From assembly GCA_963842885.1 (NCBI GenBank), contig CAWJIE010000003.1:96001-160000 (forward strand): a stretch of DNA of 64,000 nt. Direction: 5' to 3'. Below, one piece after another: positions 19,761-30,405 of this stretch; the stretch's first letter is position 1; every line of letters starts with the position of its first letter. This DNA is from an uncultured Nitrososphaerota archaeon. GTDB taxonomy: Archaea > Thermoproteota > Nitrososphaeria > Conexivisphaerales > DTJL01. Under the pieces are notes generated by a model that saw nothing but the letters and a program-made list of their open reading frames with translations, was not told the DNA's origin and made no database searches. Made by a program: the position numbers and the translations under genes.

Positions 19761-20709
19761 TTGTCCATTGCTACAATAGAGGCGGTCGGGCTTTCCAAGA
19801 ACTACGGGTCCTTCACCGCCCTCTCTAACTTGAACCTTAAGATAGAAGGTTCGAAATGCGTCGGGTTCCTGGGGCCCAACGGCGCCGGGAAGACAACCAC
19901 GCTCAAAATCTTCGCCGACCTGATATCGCCTAGCAGCGGCCGAGCGCTCATCAATGGAACAGACGTCCACCAGAACAAGCGGCTGGCGCTTTCCTCCTGT
20001 GGCACGCTGGTGGAGACACCCGAGATCTATCCCGCCCTTACGCCCAGAAAGGCCCTAATGATGATCGCCGAGCTCAGAGGCATCCCGAATGCGGACCGAA
20101 ACAGGAGAATCGAGGAGAGCCTGGCCGAGGTCAAGATGGAGGAATGGGCCGACAAGCGTGTCGGCAAGTTCTCCAAGGGAATGAAGCAAAGGATCAACGT
20201 CGCCTCGGCCATACTCAGCGACCCCGAAATCGTGATCCTCGACGAACCCACTATGGGCCTCGACCCGCGCGGCATGAGCGAAGTCAGGGACATCGTGAAA
20301 TCGCTCAAGAAGAAGGGCAAGCTAGTCTTCATGAGCTCCCATCTCCTCAGCGAGGCCACCGAGATATGCGACGAAGTAGCCATGATCGATCACGGCAAGC
20401 TACTGGTGTATGACACCCTGGCGAACGTCTCTTCGCGTTTCTCCTCCAGCGGAAACCTGGTGGACGTGACCCTGGCTCGCCGCGCTGACGTCGAGAAGCT
20501 GAAGGCCCAAATCTCGGCCCTGAAGGGTGTCGCCTCTGTAGAGAGCATCGACCCTCTGAACTTCAGGATCGGAATGGCGGGCGGCGTTGAGGCGCAGGAG
20601 CGACTCCTCAGCGATCTCGTCTCCCTAAAGATAGGGCGTCATCAGCTACAAGGATGCGTCCCTTGCCCTGGAGGACGCGTACCTTAACCTGATCAAGGAC
20701 ACAGTGTGA
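19761..20709 (+). CDS. ABC transporter ATP-binding protein, frameshift near 20635
   Basis: GPNGAGKT, FSKGMKQR, ILDEP; C-terminal LEDAYLNLIKDTV continues in a shifted frame. Confidence 0.9.
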
Positions 20710-20715
20710 TGATAG

Positions 20716-21566
20716 ATGGCACAATCAACCAAGGTCACCCCCCGTAGCCTTCCTTCGAGCGGTTCGCAGCTAATCACCGTCTCCAAGTACGAGTTCAGAA
20801 ACTACTTCGGGTCAAGGAGGTTCTACGTCCTCCTCGCCATCGCCCTCGCCGTAAGCGCGCTTGCTCACTTATGTAGTGGCCGCTCGAAGGCCCGTCTCCT
20901 TCCTCGACAACAGCTTGGACTTCTATTCCAGCTGGTGGGGGAGGATCGCAGGGCTGATGGTGATCCTGTCGGGGATCTTCTTCGGCGGCGACGCCATCTC
21001 CTCGGAGTTCCAAAACAGGACGGGGTACTTCCTGGTCCCCAACCCGATCAGGAGGTCCTCCATCTACATCGGCAAGTGGGTTTCAGCGTTCATGGCGGCC
21101 GTGATCATACTGGTCATCACACTCGCCATAACGATGGCGAACGCATTCTATTACTTCGGCCCCACTATTCCCACCGAGTTACTTGAATCGATAGCCTTCT
21201 CCCTGATCTACCTGGCCTCCGTGATGGGCCTCACCTTCATGTTCAGTTCCCTCTTCAAGAGCAGCTCCTACTCCATACTCGTGTCGGCCATGCTCTATCC
21301 TGTTCGTCTTCTCCCTCGTGGAGACCCTTGTCTCCACCATCGTGCAGATAGAGCCATGGTTCATACCGACCTACGGCGCGTCAATCATCGCCAACGTGAT
21401 GACGGTGCCCTTCCCTCTCCACGTGGTAACGACAACTTTCGGACGTGGCATAACCCTCACCACCTACAACGCTACCATCCCTGAGGGCCTCGCAATTCTG
21501 CTGGGCTACTGCGTGATAACCGCCATCCTCGGGCTGGTGCTCTTCGAGAGGAAGGACTTCACCTAG
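20716..21566 (+). CDS. ABC-2 transporter permease, frameshifts near 20860 and 21300
   Basis: Three overlapping ORFs join into one permease: KYEFR..., GDAISSEFQNRTG, LFERKDF. Confidence 0.85.
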
Positions 21567-21650
21567 GAGATCCACGCCGCGGCGGGCGCAGGGCTCGACA
21601 GCTTCGCGCCAACACTTATATCCGTTTTTGGTCAGGAAGTAGAGCCGACC

Positions 21651-22496
21651 TTGAAGATAGGCCTAGCAGCAAAGGGTGCCTCCGATCACCGGCTCTTGGA
21701 GAGGATGGCCGTCCGGGCGGACGAGCTGGGCTACGACTCGTTCCTGGTCACGGACCACTTCATGACCCCAGTGTCGAACAGGAACATCGATGCATGGACC
21801 TTCCTGCCGTATCTGGCCGCGAAGACCAAGAGGATCAGGCTGGGGACCTGCGTCACTCCCCTGCCGTTCAGGCACCCGGCGATGCTTGCCAAGATGGTGG
21901 CCACGGCTGACGTCCTTTCTGGAGGGAGAATTATCCTCGGCTCCGGCTTGGGCTGGAGCAGGCCAGAATTCGATGGGTTCTCGACATGGCGAGAGCTCCC
22001 CGACCGGGCCGCGATGTCTAAGGAATCGCTGGAGCTAATGACCCGTCTCTGGACGAGCGAATCACCCGTGGACTACAAGGGGAGGTTCGTCTCCGTCAGG
22101 GGCGCTGTCGTAGAACCCAAGCCCATTCAGAAGCCATACCCTGCCATCTGGTTCGGAGCCATGGCGCCCTTCCATTTGAGGCTCGCCGGCAGATACGGCC
22201 AGGGCTGGATCCCTGTGGGGCCTCGCTGGGCCTCTGCGGACGTCGTCTCCCCTCAGCGGTACGCCGAGATGAAGGAGGTCATAGCCGGCGAGCTGTCCAA
22301 GAGGGGGACCCAAGGAGATGGCTTCGTGTACTCCATCCTCCTAGGTCACGCCGACGTCGCGACCCTCCGCTCTGACGTCGAGAGATACGAGAAGGAGGGG
22401 ATGAATTATTTCATCGTGGGCCAGCCTCGGGATGCCGACGAGACCTTCCTCCAGAACCTGGAGGTCCTCGCGAAGGACTTGGCCTCCTCTCTGTAG
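21651..22496 (+). CDS. LLM class flavin-dependent oxidoreductase
   Basis: GYDSFLVTDH, RHPAMLAKMVATAD.LSGGR and PKPIQKP motifs. Confidence 0.92.
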   Translation: MKIGLAAKGASDHRLLERMAVRADELGYDSFLVTDHFMTPVSNRNIDAWTFLPYLAAKTKRIRLGTCVTPLPFRHPAMLAKMVATADVLSGGRIILGSGLGWSRPEFDGFSTWRELPDRAAMSKESLELMTRLWTSESPVDYKGRFVSVRGAVVEPKPIQKPYPAIWFGAMAPFHLRLAGRYGQGWIPVGPRWASADVVSPQRYAEMKEVIAGELSKRGTQGDGFVYSILLGHADVATLRSDVERYEKEGMNYFIVGQPRDADETFLQNLEVLAKDLASSL

Positions 22497-22575
22497 CATC
22501 GGTCGGGTTCGTCCACTTTCTTTGGCCCGGCCAATCGACCTCGCCATGCAGCGTAAATACGGGAGGGAAGCTGTG

Positions 22576-22932
22576 ATGGCCGCTTTGAGCATCCCACCGG
22601 GCGTTCTGAAGGCGATTCACGTGGTCTACGCCAACTGGTGCCCCCACTGCGTCCCCACGACCGTCGAACCCATGAAGAAGGCGGCCGGTGACCTGGGAAT
22701 CCCCTGCTTCCTCTACGACATAGACACCGTCAAGGTCTCTGAGGCGGACGACCTCGTTAAGAAGTATGGTGACTGGAGCGAGGACTACATCATCCCTCAG
22801 GTCTTCTTCGAGTACGCCGACGGCTCCATCAGGCACGTGATGACGGGCTACTCTGGAGGGGTGGCGCTCACGCGCAGGGCTGTCGAGAACGTCCTGAAAG
22901 GCCTGCAGCCGCACGTCGCGAAGGCATCATAG
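22576..22932 (+). CDS. thioredoxin-like protein (CPHC)
   Basis: YANWCPHC and cis-Pro motif IPQVFF. Confidence 0.8.
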   Translation: MAALSIPPGVLKAIHVVYANWCPHCVPTTVEPMKKAAGDLGIPCFLYDIDTVKVSEADDLVKKYGDWSEDYIIPQVFFEYADGSIRHVMTGYSGGVALTRRAVENVLKGLQPHVAKAS

Positions 22933-23081
22933 GGTAGTCCAGCCCATGGAAGATCCGAAAAAGCTCGTCGCGGAGAGGTTGGGCGGCTCGTCCCAGTGCC
23001 ACGGCCACAAATGCCTGATGGTTACAGAGGTTATCGTTCTGTTGCGGTCGAACTGGCTGGACGCAGAGATGGACCGGCGGC

Positions 23082-23666
23082 TCACTGGCTAAGCGTCTCT
23101 CTGAAGTAGAGCACCTGTCCGTCGAACCTGTAGATGATGGCGACGTTCTCGGGGCCGATGACCTTCGTGGTCACGAACCAATCCTTCATGGAGCCCGCAA
23201 GGCCCTGCGCCACCACCCTTCTCAGCTCTTCGGGCTTCCTCCTCGCTAGGAATTGGAAGACGTGCTCGACCCCCTCGGGCCTTTCGAAGACCACGTAGGC
23301 AGAGTCCCTCCTCTTCGGTCCCTCTAGGCGCCTGCGGAGGTGACGGAAATCGCCGTCTCTGGCATCGGTGGCGAAGGTCATCCTGTCCTGTATCCCCCTG
23401 AAGTCATGATACTGCGGAACGATACCATCATCCATTACGGAGTCCAGCTTCTCGCGTGTCGTCTCGTGCGACAGCAGCCATATCTCTTTGGATTGCTCTA
23501 CGACCGAGCCTGTCGCTTTCATTCCATCGTCGGCTTCCACGTTCAGCCACCAATGTCCTGGCCGGGGTCTTCCAGGGACAGCCGAGCTCCGTAAGTCCTC
23601 CAGTAGAGGACCGCGCCCGCGGAATCGCCTGCCGCAGTACATAGGGCGCCCTCCATATTTAATCAC
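23082..23666 (-). CDS. hypothetical protein, possible ADP-ribosyltransferase/Tpt1-like fold (start uncertain)
   Basis: LLSHETTREKLDSVMDDGIVP and WFVTTKVIGPENV segments. Confidence 0.55.
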   Translation of the reverse strand: MIKYGGRPMYCGRRFRGRGPLLEDLRSSAVPGRPRPGHWWLNVEADDGMKATGSVVEQSKEIWLLSHETTREKLDSVMDDGIVPQYHDFRGIQDRMTFATDARDGDFRHLRRRLEGPKRRDSAYVVFERPEGVEHVFQFLARRKPEELRRVVAQGLAGSMKDWFVTTKVIGPENVAIIYRFDGQVLYFRETLSQ

Positions 23667-23808
23667 AACTTCTCGTCGGTGGCCTTCCCCGACGCGGGGA
23701 CCTTTGCTCAGGTCCGGGCGTCCTGGTGGACGATGGCCTACTTGACCTAGACCATGCCTATCCTGGCCGTGACCAGCTGCGCGAGGCCCCGAAGGGGGGC
23801 GCGTCGCT

Positions 23809-24105
23809 GTGACATCACTAATAAGGAGGCCTGGTCATGAATGCCACGCGGAGATCCCCAGGATGAGGTTCGTGGTGGAAGCAAGTAGGAACCTTTCGAA
23901 CGCCGTCGTCGAAGCAATCAGAAAGTACTATCCCGCCACTTCTGAGGAGCCGGTCGAAGGCTATGGCAGGATTGTCGTCTTGGAACCGGGCAAGCCGCCT
24001 TTCACCCTCTGCAGCTTCCTCCTGGACATGGAGCCAGAGGACGTCCTCACTCTCTTCTGGGTGAAGATGAAAGAGTACTTCCCCAAGGCCGAACAGCCTG
24101 GGTGA
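23809..24105 (+). CDS. hypothetical protein
   Basis: Protein-like composition from MRFVVEAS onward; no motif recognised. Confidence 0.55.
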   Translation: MTSLIRRPGHECHAEIPRMRFVVEASRNLSNAVVEAIRKYYPATSEEPVEGYGRIVVLEPGKPPFTLCSFLLDMEPEDVLTLFWVKMKEYFPKAEQPG

Positions 24106-24111
24106 ATGCTT

Positions 24112-24942
24112 TTACCTCAGGGATCGCTTCTGCATGAAGGCGGGCCCGTACTTCTCGGCTATCAAGCTCAACAGCTCGCCGGCGTGCCTGTTCACGACAT
24201 GGTCGAGGAAGGCTGCAGCAACGTCGCCTCTGAACGCGCCGTCGGACTCGAAGGCCTGGTCGGCGAAGTCCATGCACGTCTCACATTCTGCGATGGTCGC
24301 TGTCCGGCCCAGCTCACGCAGAGCCTGAAGGTCTCTCTCCAGACGTTCGCTGACCCTCGCCAGCCTCTTCTTCGGGTCCAGTGTCTCCAGGAGCTCCAGC
24401 CTCTCTTCGTTGGTGAACATCGGTGAGCCCGCGCAGACGTCGGCCAACTTGCCCGGACTGTCGATGCCCTTGACGAAGGAGATCACCTCTTCGGGTACCA
24501 TGGGCATCAGCTTGGCGAATTCGTCCACCTGGCCATGGACCTTGTTGATGATGTCAGCCGCCTGCCCCGATCCGTCCTTGAAGTCCTCCGCCTTCTGGAA
24601 CTTGACCGACGGGCCCGCCCCCTCCTTGGTCACCTCCTTGACCCTGATCCTCCACAGACCCTTTAGCTGGACGCTTCCCTTGGCACTCTGCTTCCCGTCA
24701 TCCAGAAGGGCCAGTGTGCCGATGTCCCCCACCTGATAGCCTTTAGAGGGAATCATAGCAATCAGATGCTTGGAGCTCAGCGCTGAGACGATAGCAGAGA
24801 AGCCCGCGCTCTCCTTCAAGGAAATGGTGACCTCCATGTGGGGGAGAATGACCACGTCTTCAGAAAACACCGCCGGGACCTCGAAGTCGTCCTCCGCCAG
24901 AATATCACGTCCATAGAGCCACCTGTCTCGAAGGGAAACCAA
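24112..24942 (-). CDS. Lon substrate-binding (N-domain)-only protein with C-terminal CxxC..HxxxxH
   Basis: DVVILPHM, IGTLA, LKGLWRIRV, PGKLAD and ERLELLETLDPKKRL; no AAA+ or protease domain; TTG at 24942 lies about 27 nt from a TATA. Confidence 0.85.
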   Translation of the reverse strand: MVSLRDRWLYGRDILAEDDFEVPAVFSEDVVILPHMEVTISLKESAGFSAIVSALSSKHLIAMIPSKGYQVGDIGTLALLDDGKQSAKGSVQLKGLWRIRVKEVTKEGAGPSVKFQKAEDFKDGSGQAADIINKVHGQVDEFAKLMPMVPEEVISFVKGIDSPGKLADVCAGSPMFTNEERLELLETLDPKKRLARVSERLERDLQALRELGRTATIAECETCMDFADQAFESDGAFRGDVAAAFLDHVVNRHAGELLSLIAEKYGPAFMQKRSLR

Positions 24943-25413
24943 TACGACTAGGTGGACCGGAGTTTTCGATATAAACGCATCGCAGGTATCGTTCTTCCTC
25001 TTTCTAGGCATGCACTAAGAGGCTGCAAGTGCCAACCCTCTGGCGGATCATTCGCTCGAGGGGCGTCTGCAGAAGCCGGGGCGGATGCACGATACCTTCC
25101 TTTCATCGAGGAGCTTCGGCCAATCGATCACCGTGAAGACCACGGTGGCTGCGAAGCCCAGTATGTCGAGCATGGAAACCGAAAAGAGCTGGGCGCTGAA
25201 GAGGGCCGAGAACGGCCTCTCCGCGACAATAGAGAGCCCTATTAACACAGTAAAGGAAACGAACCTGCCAGTCGCAAATCCAGCGTACGCCTGAGCTGCG
25301 CCGCACTTCATCATCCCGATGAACAGGAAGCAAGCATTGCTGGGCGGCGGGCTCAGGGCCCTCTCAGGGATTCATCTTGAGACGAGTTTCGGTTGGGACA
25401 AGCCTATTTTCGG

Positions 25414-26058
25414 TCAGCCCCTCGGCGCCAGCCGATAGTAGGCCTCCCCGGCGCAGGCCACGCAGACGTACATCCCGTCTCTGCTGACGCCCCTTCCATC
25501 CAAGATATCTTCCCCGCATGCCGAGCATGGCGACCTGCGGGCTGACACACCCCGCCCGAACGCGGCCGCTTCCCTCAGGATGACCTCCTGCTGGTCGAAG
25601 ATCTCGTCCTCGGACAGCTTCATTAAGGCGTTCATCATCGTCTTCTTGCCCAGCTTCGATGGCAGGTCGACCTCCTCCCCCTTCTTCAGGATCCCGTCTT
25701 CCACAGCCAGCTTGACGGCCTCCGACGCAAGCTCAGGTCTCGCGAACACCCTCACAGCCCTGCCTGCGGCCCTGTCGTAGAAGGTCGCCGCGGACTTGCC
25801 ATATTCGTACACCTTTAGCCTCCTGCTGCCCATGCTGCATCCCGTAGCGACCTGAATTGCGTCGACCGCGCACCTGCTGTTCTCGACGAAGACGACCAGG
25901 TCGTCCCTGTGGGCGGGGTCCTCCATCCCCACAAGGCGCAAGCCCTTCCGAGCCATCTTGATCCCAAGAGGGAGGCCGAGGCAAAGGTGACCCCTCAGCG
26001 CAGCAGCCCTGGTCAGAAGCTGCTCGAAGTCATCGTCTCCAGGCCTATCAATCATCAC
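25414..26058 (-). CDS. FmdE family protein with C-terminal zinc finger
   Basis: GHLCLG, CAVDAIQVATGCSMG, YGKSAATF and C-terminal CSAC...CVAC. Confidence 0.88.
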   Translation of the reverse strand: MMIDRPGDDDFEQLLTRAAALRGHLCLGLPLGIKMARKGLRLVGMEDPAHRDDLVVFVENSRCAVDAIQVATGCSMGSRRLKVYEYGKSAATFYDRAAGRAVRVFARPELASEAVKLAVEDGILKKGEEVDLPSKLGKKTMMNALMKLSEDEIFDQQEVILREAAAFGRGVSARRSPCSACGEDILDGRGVSRDGMYVCVACAGEAYYRLAPRG

Positions 26059-26228
26059 TCCAGAGTCTCGCGGAAGTATCTTATCAGCTCGTCGCAGTTA
26101 GCCCGCTCCCCAAGCAGCGATTCCCTCTACTTCACCCGGGCTTCTGTAGGGCTTCGGCAAGGTCCGTTAAGGAGATTTTAGTCCCAGCTCCATCCTCGGA
26201 GCCTCTCCTCTCCCGAGTGCCGAGCGAC

Positions 26229-26822
26229 CTACTTTGACCTGAGGACGCAAAATAGGGCCTTCCTGTCCCCAGCACCGCCCCCTCTGAATAAGGCCTCTCT
26301 GATCTTGAGAATCATGAACGAAACCCCGAAGACATCACGTATCTCTTTGGGACTGAACCTGTGGGGGCCGGGAGCCCTTTCCGCCCTGCTGAAAACCTTC
26401 AGGAGGAGGAAACCCCCGGGTTCCAGGAGTCGATGGATGTTGCGCACATATGCAGACCTTTCAACCGGCTCCAGCGTGTGGAAACAGCCCCTGTCCACTA
26501 TTACACGATAGCGGCCGGTGAGCCTGGTGGAGACGATGTCGTCCACGAAGAACTCGACAGAGACGCCCTCGGCTGCGGCCCTTGCCTTAGCCTTTCCCAC
26601 TGCAACCTGGGAGACGTCCGTCGCCGTGACCTTCCAGCCGAGCCTGGCCAGTTCGATGGCTTGCGTTCCAGGGCCTTCACCAATCGTAAGAAGCCTGCCG
26701 ACATCTACCCCCAGCCCGGTGACGGCCGCAGAGACGTCTGCGTCGAGGCCCGCCGTGAACCAGGGAAGGTCCTCCACGGGCGCGGACCTGTAAACTTCAT
26801 CCCATCTTCTGCCTTCGGTCAA
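26229..26822 (-). CDS. class I SAM-dependent methyltransferase (TPMT/TehB-like)
   Basis: IGEGPG, VTATDVS, DRGCFH and LEPGG motifs. Confidence 0.88.
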   Translation of the reverse strand: MTEGRRWDEVYRSAPVEDLPWFTAGLDADVSAAVTGLGVDVGRLLTIGEGPGTQAIELARLGWKVTATDVSQVAVGKAKARAAAEGVSVEFFVDDIVSTRLTGRYRVIVDRGCFHTLEPVERSAYVRNIHRLLEPGGFLLLKVFSRAERAPGPHRFSPKEIRDVFGVSFMILKIREALFRGGGAGDRKALFCVLRSK

Positions 26823-26890
26823 CCAAAGAATGGCGGATCCGGGTGGATTATAACCTGGAGCTCATTTCCTTGAAAGACGTGAGGGTGCCC

Positions 26891-27271
26891 TTAGGCCATC
26901 TTGTAGAAGACACGTTTCATGCTGGGCTCTTCATCGGACAGCTTCATCCTGAGCAATTCGGGATTAGCCTGCGAGGGGTGAGGGACAAGGCCATCCACCT
27001 TCAGGGAGAGAGTCTCTAGGATAGCACCTTCTAGGACCTCCAGCTTCCTTGAGTCCTCGGCGGAGATCTGCTGAGGGAGCTTGCCGTAAGCCACGAGCCT
27101 TACTCCCAGCTCGCCGCCGTCCAGCAGGTGAACCACATCGACGTCCGTGAACCCCACGCGTTTGAGATATCGCTTGATTACATGTCTCATTCTGGACGAA
27201 ACCAATCCGCTGAGATGGAGATCGAGGAGCGGCGCCCGAACGGCCTCCGCTTTGACCTCTGTGAGGCTCAA
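26891..27271 (-). CDS. hypothetical protein
   Basis: 126-aa ORF with TTG start and a TATA-like element about 30 nt upstream. Confidence 0.6.
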   Translation of the reverse strand: MSLTEVKAEAVRAPLLDLHLSGLVSSRMRHVIKRYLKRVGFTDVDVVHLLDGGELGVRLVAYGKLPQQISAEDSRKLEVLEGAILETLSLKVDGLVPHPSQANPELLRMKLSDEEPSMKRVFYKMA

Positions 27272-27651
27272 CCTAGACCTGTCTCTTGTTGCGGTCCACG
27301 ACTATATAACCCTTGTAAATACTACAAAGTAATAAGTCATTTTTCATACATAGCCCACGTTTTCGCCGGGCAGGCACGCCAACATAAATCGAAGTCCTCC
27401 GTCGACTTCCTGAGCAAGAAGTTGATGCTTCTGTGGAGTTCCGCCTGCTTCGTGAGCCCGCTGACCGCAGTGCATGTCCGCGACCACAGTAGGTCCTCGT
27501 TGGTCACCTCCGGGCTCGACTGGGCCTCGACGGTCTTCACCTTCTTCGGCTCTTCGTTCTGGTCGGAGCTTAAGAAGATCGTTTCATTCAGCTACAGAAA
27601 GTCAGATATATCATCGATGCGGTACTCGTACTGTAGGAGAGCGTTGATAGT

Positions 27652-28287
27652 TTGAGCAGGGCCGATGAGATAACGAGTGAAGTGCGGAAGCTCGTTCTTA
27701 CATGCAAGGCGCTGGAGGCGCAGCTGCAGCAGTCCATACCTAAAAAGACCCACGAAGAGGAGGTCGCGAAGTTGCGCAGAGAGATAGACGACCTTCAGAG
27801 TCAGGTGAGCCTGACCAAGGGCGAGCTGGAGAAGACCATCAGCGTGGGAGCACGTCTAGGAGCGCTGGAGTCGAGGATAACCACCCTCTATGACGTCGTC
27901 GCCGCCCAAAACGAGGCGGTGAAGTCCCTGTCGGAGAAGCTCTCTGAGGGGACCGTCCCCTACCCACTTCATGCCCAGGACCTCACCCGGATTCAGCAGC
28001 TGGAGGAGCAGGTCTACACGATGGTCCCAGGGAGCGACGTCGAGGCGCTTAAGGGAGAGCTGGCGAATTCTGTCCCCAAAGCCAAGCTCGAAGAGGCGGA
28101 GAGGGCACTGGCTGACACCGTGCCGAAGGATCGCCTCGCGATGGCGGAGGCCAAGATCGCTGAGCTCGAAGCAGCGTTGGCCGACTCGGTCCCCCGTGGG
28201 ACGATGGAGGAGCTGAAGGAGAAGATCGCCTCACTGATGAAGGAAGCACCCGCCGTCGGAGAGGAGCCAGCCCCGCCACCGGCCTGA
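27652..28287 (+). CDS. coiled-coil protein with repeated (S/T)VP(K/R) motifs
   Basis: Heptad-rich; SIPK, TVPY, MVPG, SVPK, TVPK and SVPR repeats. Confidence 0.75.
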   Translation: MSRADEITSEVRKLVLTCKALEAQLQQSIPKKTHEEEVAKLRREIDDLQSQVSLTKGELEKTISVGARLGALESRITTLYDVVAAQNEAVKSLSEKLSEGTVPYPLHAQDLTRIQQLEEQVYTMVPGSDVEALKGELANSVPKAKLEEAERALADTVPKDRLAMAEAKIAELEAALADSVPRGTMEELKEKIASLMKEAPAVGEEPAPPPA

Positions 28288-28829
28288 TGGATTCGGCGAG
28301 CCCAGGCCACCACGGGCATTTGTTCAAAGAGCACCCGTTGCCTTTCGTTAGATGCCTAGGATAGCCCACTATGACCTGCCACGGTTCTACGCTTGGTAAG
28401 CCTCTTGAACCCCTCGCGCCAAGCTCGAATCGACGAGATATGCTCCGACGGAATGCCGAGAGAGGCATCTCATCGAGCGACGCGCGGTTGCGGTTCAGGA
28501 TTGCCTGCATCCTGAAACTGAGAGGGCACTGCTGGGGTTCCTCGCTCGCTGTTCTGGCCCCCTAGAGATCGCCCACGGTCCTGGGCACCCTCGGAACAGG
28601 CTGCACTTCGCCCAGCGCCCACTATCCAGCTCACCAGACGCTCGATCCCTGTTCTTGCATCAGACGAAGAGAGGAGCCTCACCTCTTTGACGAGCCTGAG
28701 AAGGGCCATGCAGTTCTGCCCTTTGACGCGGCCCCTCCACACCTTCGCTCGCAACCTGGCCAGCTCCCACTCGCGCTTCCCCGAAAGTAGGAACGATTTA
28801 AGAGGTAGAAGGAGGAAGCTCAAGTAGCC

Positions 28830-29642
28830 TTGTCATTCTGCAAGAGCTGCGGCAAGGAGCTTCCCAGTAACGCCAGGTTCTGCCCTTCATGCGGTTCCCC
28901 AGTGGCCGACATCTCGTCCACGCCGACCCAGAACCACAGGACATTCGATGTGACCGCAAAGCCGCGGGTGGTGTTGGCCAGCTACGTCCCGGGAAAAATC
29001 GGAGTAAAGGCGGCCGGGGACGGGAAGGTCGACGTGGACCTCGACCTGAGGCGGGCCGAGGACATGGATTGGAACGTCTACCAGCAGGGCGACCTGATAA
29101 GCGTGTCTTTCAGGAACAACTCCCGCACCTACTGGAGCTGGGCTTCACATCCTGACGGCGGTCCCCGAGCGGATATATCGCTCTCCGTCCCGAAGGACTG
29201 CGACCTCGACCTCGAGAACAGGCTGGACAGGGTGTTCGTCAGCGGCATCCAGGGCGTCATCGTGGTGAACTCCGCCGTCGCCAGCGTCGAAGCGACGAAC
29301 TGCAGCGGCAGCATAAAGGTCAAAACGAGGACCGGCTCTATTTCGCTCGAAAACGTCAATGGTGCTGTCTCCGCCGAGACCGCCACGGGCCATGTCAGGT
29401 ACTCTGGTTCCCTGTCCAACGCCGAGAACTGGTTCCGCACCAGCGTGGGCACCATAGATATCTCTCTGAAAGGAGAGCCAGACCTGACCGTGGATGCCCA
29501 TTCAGGAATCGGTCCGGTGACCTGTACCCTTCCCCTTGTGGACTCGCGCAGCCAGGGAGGGAGGGTGTATGGACGTCTAGGCGCGGGGACTGGGCGGCTG
29601 AGGGCAGAGACGAGCACCGGAAGCATAAGGTTGGGGCTATAG
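28830..29642 (+). CDS. zinc-ribbon plus DUF4097-like beta-strand repeat protein
   Basis: FCKSCG...FCPSCG; repeated T.TGSI beta motifs. Confidence 0.85.
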   Translation: MSFCKSCGKELPSNARFCPSCGSPVADISSTPTQNHRTFDVTAKPRVVLASYVPGKIGVKAAGDGKVDVDLDLRRAEDMDWNVYQQGDLISVSFRNNSRTYWSWASHPDGGPRADISLSVPKDCDLDLENRLDRVFVSGIQGVIVVNSAVASVEATNCSGSIKVKTRTGSISLENVNGAVSAETATGHVRYSGSLSNAENWFRTSVGTIDISLKGEPDLTVDAHSGIGPVTCTLPLVDSRSQGGRVYGRLGAGTGRLRAETSTGSIRLGL

Positions 29643-29726
29643 GGCCGCCTGACCACTAACGATGAAGGGACCCTTGCGCCCAACTACGTTTATATTTGCC
29701 TCCGACCACATTTGCATTGATTCGAC

Positions 29727-30152
29727 TTGAAGACATGGACAGCGATGTACGGGCTGATCTGGCTCTCTTTCATACAGATCCTATTCGGGTTCTGCTCCCC
29801 CTTCGGCAACGACGCGTTGACGGTGGCCGTTCATGCGCCCTTGGGCCTAGTGATATTCGCCCTCGCGTTCTACGTGAGCCGGAAGGTGTGGTCATCGACG
29901 TGCCCTGAGAGGATCAAGAGGATTACGAAGACCACCAGGAACCTTGCCCTCCTCCAGGGGATCATAGGCTTTGTCCTCGCAGGCGCGATTTCGATGAGCG
30001 CCGCGACGGTCTACCTCTGGGCCATCAGCTTCATCCATGTGGCGAACTCCCTGGCAATCATAACTCAGGCCTCATCCTCCGCCACCGCGTTCGACATGTG
30101 GGAAGAGAAGGAGTTCCAGGCGGCCACGATTCCCCCGACGCAGACCTCCTAG
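29727..30152 (+). CDS. hypothetical four-TM membrane protein
   Basis: Four hydrophobic helices with two intramembrane His; C-terminal FDMWEEKEF. Confidence 0.75.
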   Translation: MKTWTAMYGLIWLSFIQILFGFCSPFGNDALTVAVHAPLGLVIFALAFYVSRKVWSSTCPERIKRITKTTRNLALLQGIIGFVLAGAISMSAATVYLWAISFIHVANSLAIITQASSSATAFDMWEEKEFQAATIPPTQTS

Positions 30153-30155
30153 GGA

Positions 30156-30374
30156 TCACAGGTCATCTCTGAACATAATGTCGCTGTATCGACTTTCAAG
30201 ACGCCATAGCACGACAAGGAAGGGCATTCCAATCAGAGCGGCTCCGAAATAGGCCACCAGCAGGGGGAAGAGGAACGACAGCAGGAAGAGAGAGCCGAAT
30301 GTGGCGACGAGCGCGCTGGCTCCCGCCACGGCCACAAGTCTCTTGTATTTCTTCAGCTCCTTCTGCCTGTCCAA
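30156..30374 (-). CDS. small two-TM protein
   Basis: 72 aa hydrophobic ORF directly downstream of the M20 gene. Confidence 0.55.
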   Translation of the reverse strand: MDRQKELKKYKRLVAVAGASALVATFGSLFLLSFLFPLLVAYFGAALIGMPFLVVLWRLESRYSDIMFRDDL

Positions 30375-30405
30375 GGTAGATCGGACTGTCCCGGCTCCCT
30401 GGCCC

